Source: a virus (Duplodnaviria > Caudoviricetes). Taken from it: a stretch of DNA of 64,000 nt. The position numbers and the translations under genes were made by a program. The notes beneath the pieces were generated by a model. It saw only the letters and a list, made by a program, of their open reading frames with translations. It did not search any database and was not told where the DNA came from. Below, one piece after another: positions 56,648 to 64,000 of this stretch (the stretch's first letter is position 1; every line of letters begins with the position of its first letter). The stretch is from positions 1-64,000 of the IMG/VR virus record IMGVR_UViG_2844496579_000002; one strand, written 5' to 3'.

Positions 56648-57025
56648 TCAGGCGGCCTTTTCGTCTCCGGGGCTTTTTACACTCGGGATGTCCTCATACG
56701 CGGCTACTTGGCGCGCTACCCACTGCTCTATGCCTCGGCGTTGTTCCGGGGTAAGTGCTTCGAAAGAAGCGCGATCAACTGAACTGAACGGCCAAGCGCC
56801 AAGAGCATCGAGGCCATCAAACCAGTATGGCGGCAGTTCGAGTGAGACCTCGAATTCGCGCGCCATTTCTTCGCCGAGTTTCTTTGATCCATTGAGGACG
56901 CGCGAAACGTAGTTCGCGGGCTTGCCAACGGCCGCCGCGATAGCAGCTTGCTTTCCCCCGAAACGGCTTTCCATGAGGCTGCGAAAGCGCTCAAGCCGCT
57001 GGGCATAAATGTCATCCATCTTCAT
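56648..57025 (-). CDS. cI: CI-like repressor without S24 peptidase domain
   Basis: HTH NYVSRVLNG, LGEEMARE. Confidence 0.85.
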   Translation of the reverse strand: MKMDDIYAQRLERFRSLMESRFGGKQAAIAAAVGKPANYVSRVLNGSKKLGEEMAREFEVSLELPPYWFDGLDALGAWPFSSVDRASFEALTPEQRRGIEQWVARQVAAYEDIPSVKSPGDEKAA

Positions 57026-57048
57026 GGGCACGAGTGTTGCCTGCTGCG

Positions 57049-57111
57049 CTCCCGTGGGTAAACCACCCGCAGGTAAAGATTTCTCTTGCGTTTCATGATT
57101 ACCTACAGGTA
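57049..57111. promoter_or_regulatory. OR of prophage 3 (three operators)
   Basis: CTCCCGTGGGTA, CACCCGCAGGTA, TACCTACAGGTA. Confidence 0.78.
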
Positions 57112-57122
57112 AAGTTTTACGC

Positions 57123-57398
57123 ATGAGCACAGATCCCCATACCCACACCCGCGTCCCCGTCGAGCCGCTTCTCCAGTGGCTGCGGGAAACCCCAAAAGCT
57201 GAAGCGCAAGCGCGCTGCGCCCAGCGCGGCACGTCGATCGGCTACCTGCGACAGATCGCCTACGGCTACAAGCTGGCCGGTCTGAACGGTGCCGATATCG
57301 AGCTGATTACCGATGGCCGTTGCCGTCGCCAAGACTTGCGGCCCGACGATTTCGCCCGAATCTGGCCGGAATTGGCGCCAGCGCAGGAAGCAGCATGA
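57123..57398 (+). CDS. cro: Cro-like regulator
   Basis: GTSIGYLRQIAYG; DLRPDD..IWPEL. Confidence 0.8.
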   Translation: MSTDPHTHTRVPVEPLLQWLRETPKAEAQARCAQRGTSIGYLRQIAYGYKLAGLNGADIELITDGRCRRQDLRPDDFARIWPELAPAQEAA

Positions 57399-57429
57399 AG
57401 GCGCCGCGAGAAAGTAGAGGGGGTGGGTG

Positions 57430-57768
57430 ATGTCCATTCCTGAATCTTCCGCCGCCGTATCCGCACGCGCACGCAGGATCGAACAGATCATCCTGCAACG
57501 CCTTGCGAGCGTGGGACACGCGCATGCAGCCGCATGCGTAGGGCTCGATGAGTCTGCGATCAGCCGGTGGAAGGACAAGAAGACAGACGGCCGGCCGGGC
57601 GAGATTGAGCGCATGGCGCTGTTCCTCGCGTCGCTGAGCCTGAAGGCGACCCCCCAGGAATACAAGTGCTACGACGAGGCGACATTGGCCGCGATGCTGA
57701 CCTTTGCAAAGCAGCGCATGGACCAAATCCAGGGCGTCGGGCACCTCGCTTTTGAGGACGACGAGTGA
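57430..57768 (+). CDS. cII: CII-like regulator
   Basis: VGLDESAISRWK lambda-CII-like HTH. Confidence 0.8.
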   Translation: MSIPESSAAVSARARRIEQIILQRLASVGHAHAAACVGLDESAISRWKDKKTDGRPGEIERMALFLASLSLKATPQEYKCYDEATLAAMLTFAKQRMDQIQGVGHLAFEDDE

Positions 57769-57994
57769 TGGGAAGCGCAACCCGACGCAGGACCGGCCCT
57801 GTCTGCTTGCTTGCCGTGCAGCTCTGCAAGAACCCCGATTTCCTGGCCTTTTGCAGCGCCCGCAGCGCTGACGAAGCCGCCGACTACATCCGCCGCGTGT
57901 GCCGTGTTGGGTCGCGCGCCGAGCTTGATCACAACCCAGATGCGGCCAACGCGTTCCATGAACTGGTGCGCAAGCCTTTCGCTTACAGGAGGGC

Positions 57995-58902
57995 GTGATC
58001 GTGGCCCGAATCCGTACCGTAAAACCCGAGTTCTGGACCAGCGAACAGGTCATGAACTGCTCGCCGACTGCTCGCCTCCTGTTCATTGGGCTGTGGAACT
58101 TCTGCGACGACGCCGGCAATCACGTTGCAAGCCCGAAGACCATCAAGGCCAATGTGTTCCCCGGAGACGATATTTCGTCGGCAGATGTTCAGCGACTACT
58201 CGACGAGCTATCGTCGAATGAGCTAATCGCCTATTACTCCCATGAAAACAAGGACTTCCTGCACGTAACTGGCTGGCATCACCAGAAGATCGACAAGCCG
58301 ACGTACAAGCATCCGGCCTTTTCCACAGAGAAATTGACACCCCCTCGTCGAACGCTCGCCGACTCCTCACCCCGGAAGGGAATGGAATGGAAGGGAATGG
58401 AATAGGAAGGGAAGATATCTCTCCAACACTGTCTCAAGAGCAAACAGCGCACGAGAGCGATTTTCCGGCTGAAGCTGGATACCTGCCCAACCCAACGCCC
58501 TACGGCCTGCTGGCCAAGCTGCTGCGCAGCAAGGGCATCGACGTCGCACCAGGCCGCCCGGACTTCCGGGAATGGGTCGAAAAAGGCCTGACCGAGGACG
58601 AAGCGCTGGCCGCCGTCGAAGCCGCCCGTCAGTCCAAGCCCGCCCCGGAGCCGATCCCCTGGCCGTACCTGGTCAAGGTCCTGACGACCATGCGCACCGC
58701 CGCCGACAACGTGCCGGACAAGCCGAAGCCGGGCGCCGCCCCGAAGCAGGACCAGGACCGCTGGTGGATGTCGAACGGCGGCATCGATCGCAAAGGCCGT
58801 GAAATCGGACTCTTCGCCCGTGGTGGCGAGGACTATCCGGCGTTCAAAGACCGCATCTTCGAAGCCCTGCGCCAACGCGGCGCACAGGAGCAAGCCGCAT
58901 GA
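57995..58902 (+). pseudogene. Replication initiator apparently split by a frameshift near 58370
   Basis: ARIRTVKPEFW N-terminal domain; second frame resumes with EGNGMEGNGIG linker. Confidence 0.6.
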
Positions 58903-59381
58903 GCTACGCCAACGATGCCGCCCTCGTCTCGGGTCAAGCGCCAGGACATAACCCCCGCTTGTGCTGCGTCCGAGGCTGCATGCTGCCCGGATCCATCGCG
59001 GATAGCACCACGGGGTCATGCGACTGGTTTTGCCACCTGCACCACGGCGTGCCATACGCCGAGCAGGCGGGAATCACCACCCGGATGCACAACCGGCGCA
59101 ACCTGTTCATCCTCGCCGGACGGCTGAAAAACGCCTACCCCGGCCAGCCCGTGCCGCAGGACGTGCTTGCGTGGCTGCGCCGGCACGACCGCAACGACTT
59201 CGCCGACGCCTACGTCAATTCAAAACGCAAGACTGCCCAATCCCTGGGCGACGCCATGCTGCGCACGCTGGTCGCCGAATGCGCCACGTCGCAGAACCGC
59301 CTTACCGACCCTGACCAAAAATCCAAGGCCGCCCGCGAAAGCTGGCACAAGGCCGTTGACCTCGTGGGTGACCTCGCATGA
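58899..59381 (+). CDS. Phage hypothetical protein (Cys/His motif)
   Basis: CCVRGC...WFCHLH; coupled. Confidence 0.6.
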   Translation: MSYANDAALVSGQAPGHNPRLCCVRGCMLPGSIADSTTGSCDWFCHLHHGVPYAEQAGITTRMHNRRNLFILAGRLKNAYPGQPVPQDVLAWLRRHDRNDFADAYVNSKRKTAQSLGDAMLRTLVAECATSQNRLTDPDQKSKAARESWHKAVDLVGDLA

Positions 59382-60106
59382 ACGACACCATCCTTTCCAT
59401 GCCCGAGCTGGAGGCGTATGAGCCCTTTGCGGGCACTGCGCACTCGCCGTCTGTCGCGCGCGCGCACGTTTCGCGCCGCACCGTGACGCCGTGCATAACC
59501 TGCGCCATGCGTGGGCTGCGCGAGGATTGCCTCTCGTGTGCATTCTTCGAAGCTGACGCCCAGGTGCGCCGGGAAGCTCCACCCCTGGGCCTGGATTCTG
59601 GCCAAGCCGGCCTGTTCGCCCCTGAGACGCCCGCGCCGGCGATCAACATCGGCATCCTGGCGCTGGACCTGGGCACGAAGACGGGCTACGCGGTGCGCAA
59701 GCGTGACGGCAAGGTGGTGCACGGCACGCAGAGCTTTGCGCCGCGCAAGTCTTGGACGGATGGCCAGCGCTGGCTGCGGTTTCAGTCCTGGCTTGGCCAG
59801 CTGCTGGACCTTCACCAGGTGGGCCGTATCGCCTACGAACACGTCAGCTTTCACGCCGGCGTCCGCGATGCGCACTGCTACGGCGCTTTCCGCGCCCTCG
59901 TGGAAATGGCCGCCGACCGCCGCAACATCGAGCTGGTGGGCACGAACGTCCAGACCGTGAAAAAGCACTGGACGGGGAAGGGCGGGGCGGACAAGGCCAC
60001 GATGATCGCGCAGGCGCGCGCCAGGGGGTTCCGTCCGGAGACGGACAACGATGCGGATGCATTGGCCGTGCTGGATTGGGCGGTCGCACAGGAGCGTGCA
60101 GCATGA
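59378..60106 (+). CDS. RuvC-like resolvase
   Basis: ILALDLG, IAYE, TGKG.ADK, DNDADAL. Confidence 0.85.
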   Translation: MNDTILSMPELEAYEPFAGTAHSPSVARAHVSRRTVTPCITCAMRGLREDCLSCAFFEADAQVRREAPPLGLDSGQAGLFAPETPAPAINIGILALDLGTKTGYAVRKRDGKVVHGTQSFAPRKSWTDGQRWLRFQSWLGQLLDLHQVGRIAYEHVSFHAGVRDAHCYGAFRALVEMAADRRNIELVGTNVQTVKKHWTGKGGADKATMIAQARARGFRPETDNDADALAVLDWAVAQERAA

Positions 60107-60486
60107 TTCAACGACTGAAACTGGCCTTGAAGGCCGCCGCCTACATCCTGCGCCATGGCGCCGCTGGTGCTGATGCGCCGGCAATGACCGTCTTTCGAGT
60201 CCGCGCAGAGGGCGGGGCGTGGTCGTCCTGGTCCAGCGATCCGCGTACCGTCCATGCGGCAATTGATGCCGGGGCACAGCACGAGTACCGCGAGTTGTTC
60301 GTGCTGCCGCCGCGTGGGGTGATTCCTGTTGTCGGCCGCGTGATTGATGGCGGTGTGCGGCTGAACCAGCATGGCAAGAAACTGCCGTCAGGAACCGCGC
60401 TATTCGGCACGCCTTACCCCGCGACCCGCGAGGAGAAGGAGACGCACGATTTCATGGAATCCAAAGTTCGGGGGAAGTCAGCATGA
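60103..60486 (+). CDS. Phage hypothetical protein
   Basis: ATGA-coupled. Confidence 0.5.
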   Translation: MIQRLKLALKAAAYILRHGAAGADAPAMTVFRVRAEGGAWSSWSSDPRTVHAAIDAGAQHEYRELFVLPPRGVIPVVGRVIDGGVRLNQHGKKLPSGTALFGTPYPATREEKETHDFMESKVRGKSA

Positions 60487-60600
60487 ACGGCTGGTGGATC
60501 GTCCTTGGCGGCCTGGGCTTTCTGGCGGCATGCGTGTGCCTCGCCATGTGGGGGCTGAAATCGGCATACCGGCGCGAAGCCGAAGAACACGGAGATAAAG

Positions 60601-60966
60601 ATGGCCCGAACCCCTGACGAAAACATCATCGCCCGCAAGGCGCGCAACGAATGTGCCCGAAAGCTGCGCCGCCTGGGCTACCGCTTCGCCAAGGAAGCCG
60701 CAACCGAAGCCGAAATCGTCGCGGCCATCCACCGGAACACGGCCTGGCCACGGCCTGATCGCGGCGACGCCATCAGCTACCTGCAACGGTTCGCCAGCAT
60801 GCCCGACGGTGTGCCCGCACCCAGCCGCCAGCACGACGCCCTGCACGCGCCGGTCTACACGCCGGACCGCTGGATCCGCGCTGCTGCCGCCCGTGCAGCC
60901 CAGGCCCAGCGGCCCCTGGTCCACGCCGTCAGCCGCGTCGAGAACCGGGGAGGGACCGAACCATGA
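60601..60966 (+). CDS. Phage hypothetical protein
   Basis: GGAGA SD. Confidence 0.55.
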   Translation: MARTPDENIIARKARNECARKLRRLGYRFAKEAATEAEIVAAIHRNTAWPRPDRGDAISYLQRFASMPDGVPAPSRQHDALHAPVYTPDRWIRAAAARAAQAQRPLVHAVSRVENRGGTEP

Positions 60967-61232
60967 CGCCCATCACGCCCGCGCCGCCCATCGATTGGAA
61001 CCGCGTGTTTCTCACCCTACGCGGGGAGGGGTACACCATGCACGACGTGGCGGCCTACACCGGGATACCCAGGGTGACCATGATCGGATGGGCGCAGGGC
61101 TCGGAGCCTCGGCACCAGGACGGGGAAACCGTAATCCGGTTCTGGAGCGAGACCACGCAGTTGCCGCGTGAATCGCTTCCCACACGTCGGAATGACGTTT
61201 TCTCCAGCAGGTTGGCTCAGTCCAGAGGCTAA
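60963..61232 (+). CDS. Small HTH protein before the late genes (possible late regulator)
   Basis: IDW..V; VAAYTGIPRVTMIGW; EPRH.DGE. Confidence 0.65.
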   Translation: MTPITPAPPIDWNRVFLTLRGEGYTMHDVAAYTGIPRVTMIGWAQGSEPRHQDGETVIRFWSETTQLPRESLPTRRNDVFSSRLAQSRG

Positions 61233-61303
61233 AAAGTCGGGATTCCGACCACAGCCGAGAACCACAATCGGCTCCGATCTTCTGCCAACAGACGGAGCCA
61301 ACC

Positions 61304-61681
61304 ATGACCCGCCGCAACCTGAATGTCCAGACCCCGGGCGAATCCGCCCCGGCCAGCCCCGCCAGCCAAGACGACAGCACCCAGACCCCGGGCGAATCCG
61401 TAGCGGACACGAGCGCCGGCACTGACCAAGCTGCGGCGGATGCCTTGGCGGCGCAGGACGAACTGAAGCTTGCTCAGCAGCGTATCCAGGAACAGGATGC
61501 GGAAATCGCGCTGTTGCGCGCCAGCCAGACCGCCGCGTCCGGCACTACCACCACCAAGCCTGGCGCGCCGCGCGACTACCGCCGCATGCGCGCCGAAGAC
61601 ATCGACGCCACCAAACTCACCGCGCCCGTGCTATCCGCCGATGGCTGGGTCGTGCCCAATCCGCCCGAGAAAAAGGCGTAG
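61304..61681 (+). CDS. Late hypothetical protein
   Basis: QTPGES repeated twice; VLSADGWVVP. Confidence 0.65.
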   Translation: MTRRNLNVQTPGESAPASPASQDDSTQTPGESVADTSAGTDQAAADALAAQDELKLAQQRIQEQDAEIALLRASQTAASGTTTTKPGAPRDYRRMRAEDIDATKLTAPVLSADGWVVPNPPEKKA

Positions 61682-61683
61682 CC

Positions 61684-62052
61684 ATGGGCAGCATCGGCAA
61701 GACGATCAAGAAGGTGGCGGGTGTCGTCAACAAGATCGATCCGATCGGCAAGGCCGTGGACAAGCAGCTCAACAAGGCCGGCTTGCCCACCGCCAGCGAT
61801 TTCGGCGACATGCTCGGCGGTGCAGAGAAGCCGGATGCGCCGGATGCATCTACCGCTCAGGCCGATGCCACCAAGACCGTCGCGGATGAACAGCAGGCGT
61901 CTGAGAACGAGGCTGCTGCCCTGGCCAACGCCAAAGCGGCCGAGCGGGCGAAACAACGCCGCGCAGGCAGCCTGCTGGCCGGTGGTGCTCCCGCCAGCAC
62001 CGCGCAAACATCATCGGTTCTCGCCTATGGCAAGGGCCGACTCGGGGAGTAA
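61684..62052 (+). CDS. Small virion protein upstream of the portal
   Basis: Ala-rich, ends GKGRLGE as in T7 gp7.3-position proteins. Confidence 0.6.
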   Translation: MGSIGKTIKKVAGVVNKIDPIGKAVDKQLNKAGLPTASDFGDMLGGAEKPDAPDASTAQADATKTVADEQQASENEAAALANAKAAERAKQRRAGSLLAGGAPASTAQTSSVLAYGKGRLGE

Positions 62053-62059
62053 GCCGCCG

Positions 62060-63687
62060 TGTCAAACGACAGCGTGGCAGTTGAAGTTATCCGCCGGCTT
62101 GGCGTCCTGAAGGGGCTGCGTTCCAAGCATGAACAGACGTGGCGGGACTGCTACGACTATTCCTTTCCCATCAGATCCCAAGGCTTTAACGGCGACACGG
62201 AAGATATTTCCGGCGTCCAGTCCAAGCGAGCCGAGTTGTGCGACACCACCAGCACGGATTCGGGACGCCAGTTGGCTTCCGGCATCCAGACGGGTGTCAC
62301 CCCAGCGAATTCGCGCTGGTTCGGCATGACGGTCTGGAAAGAAGTGGACGACGAAAAGACATGGCTGGATGAGTCGGCGGACAGCCTCTGGAAAGCTATC
62401 CACGCCAGCAACTTCGATGCGGACTCGTTCGAATGCATGCTGGATATTGTCGCCGTCGGCTGGTTCGTGCTCTTCATCGGCGAGAGCGTCGATGAAGATG
62501 GATCGATCAACGGATTTCACTTTGAGCAGTGGCCAACGTCTCAGTGCTACTGCGCCGCCTCTAAGCCTGGCGGCCCGATCGATACGGTGTATCGCCCTTA
62601 CACGCTGACAGTCGAGCAATGCGTTTCCGAGTTCGGCATCGGCAACGTCTCGGAGAAAGTGCGGGATCTGTACGAAAACGAGAAGTTCGACGAGCCGGTA
62701 AACCTGACCCATGCAATCTACCCGCGCCGCGAAGGCCGCGCGGGTGCGGTGCGGGCCAAGAACATGCCGTTTGCGTCCGTGCATGTCGACTGCGACAGCA
62801 AGGCCACCATGCGGGAATCCGGCTACCACGAGCGGCCCTTCACCGCACCGCGCTGGACGCTGATCCCGCAGTCCAGCTATGCCATCGGCCCCATGTTCGA
62901 TGCGCTGCCCGACGTCAAGTCGCTCAACAAGCTTTCCAAGATGGAACTTGCCGCCGTCGACCTGGCCGTGTCCGGCATGTGGATCGCCAAGGATGACGGC
63001 GTGCTAAACCCCCAGACCGTCAAAGTGGGCCCGCGCAAGATCATCGTGGCCAACGACACCGACAGCATGAAGGCGCTGCAAACCGGTGCCGACTTCAACG
63101 TGTCGTTCACGAAAAAGGAGCAGTTGCAGGCTCAGATCCGCAAAACGCTGATGGCCGACCAATTGCCACCGATGGAAGGACAGCCGCGCACGGCCACTGA
63201 GTTCCATGTGCGGGTCAACCTTATCCGTCAGCTACTCGGCCCGGTCTATGGTCGCCTGCAAGCTGAATACCTGCAGCCGCTGATCGCGCGCTGTTTCGGC
63301 CTCGCATTCCGGGGCGGTCTCTTCGACCCTCCGCCGCAGTCGCTAGCCGGGCGGCCCTACACAGTGGTCTACCTGTCTCCCATGGCCAAGAGCCAGAAAA
63401 TGGAGGAAGTCAGCGCCATCGAGGGCAGTTTTGCTTCGGTGGCAGCGCTGGCGCAGGAAAAGGGCGACCCCACAGTCTGGGACAGCTTTGACGTGGACGA
63501 AGGTGTGCGCCTGGCTGCGGATGGTCGCGGCATCCCGGCGAAGCTTATCCGGAGCCCGGAACAAGTGGCGGCGATCCGAAAGCAACGCGCAGAAATGCAA
63601 CAGGAGGCACAGCAGCAGGCCATGCAGGACCAGATCGGCATGGAGGCCGCTAGCGCGTCTGTCCAGCAAGCGGCGACCAACCAATGA
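62060..63687 (+). CDS. T7/BPP-1-like head-to-tail connector (portal)
   Basis: PANSRWF, SNF, ALPDVKSLN, TATE, LGPVYGRLQAEYL.PL. Confidence 0.92.
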
Positions 63688-63917
63688 GCGTAGATCCGTC
63701 GGTTTACAAGGCGATCTTCGAAGACGACCGGCGCGGCGCGGCGGTGTTGGAAGACCTGGTGCGCCGATTCTCCCGGCCCGCCGCGACCGAGGGCGGCATC
63801 GACGCCGTGCTCAAAACCTACCAACGCGACGGCATGCGCCAGGTGTGCGAATTCATCGTTACGCAGATAAACCGGGCGAACGGCGTCCCGGACCCTAACG
63901 CCGACCAAGGAGAGTAA
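63684..63917 (+). CDS. BPP-1 Bbp19-like small protein
   Basis: G..VLEDL..RF; DGMRQV..FI. Confidence 0.65.
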   Translation: MSVDPSVYKAIFEDDRRGAAVLEDLVRRFSRPAATEGGIDAVLKTYQRDGMRQVCEFIVTQINRANGVPDPNADQGE

Positions 63918-63920
63918 ACA

Positions 63921-64000
63921 ATGTGGAAACGTCATTTCCCGGTCATGAACGAAGCCGGCGCGGAGGGTGGTGGCGGCGGTGGTGGCGATGCCGCGGCCGC
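63921..64000 (+). CDS. Start of probable scaffold protein (partial)
   Basis: AGGAGA SD; Gly-rich N-terminus after the portal. Confidence 0.45.
   Translation, partial: MWKRHFPVMNEAGAEGGGGGGGDAAA

Larger units (their letters stand above)
45760..64000. mobile_element. Prophage 3 (left part); lambdoid early region with T7/BPP-1-like head genes
   Basis: AlpA, YqaJ/RecT, cI/cro/cII, replication, portal; left boundary approximate, right end outside the window. Confidence 0.88.

Noticed and set aside
61327-61400. 20-bp direct repeat CCAGACCCCGGGCGAATCCG
   Set aside because: Simple in-frame peptide duplication (QTPGES twice); no further copies seen.

Overview
GC-rich betaproteobacterial chromosome segment (Achromobacter/Bordetella-like, inferred from the gene families) made almost entirely of three adjacent prophages. 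(1) 1-6256: a collapsed prophage remnant with a dead tyrosine integrase, an IS3-family element with no target duplication, a truncated tail-assembly gene, a methyltransferase moron, a lysis cassette and a tRNA(CAT) 3' att duplicate. (2) 7437-44672: an apparently complete ~37 kb lambdoid prophage with a P22-like podovirus head and ejection module, flanked by a 13-bp att core (TGACGGAATACAT) that splits a host Flp pilin gene. (3) ~45775 to the window end: a second lambdoid prophage with a T7/BPP-1-like portal, which truncates the next tad gene, so two phages hit consecutive genes of one Tad pilus locus. The most striking signal is in the early-left arms of prophages 2 and 3. They share about 11 short, near-identical DNA linkers (19-112 bp) in the same order, and these separate unrelated 30-100 aa mini-domains inside reading frames. 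This looks like a combinatorial, recombination-driven domain-shuffling array located next to each phage's single-strand annealing recombinase. All functional calls come from motif recognition by eye; no searches were run.
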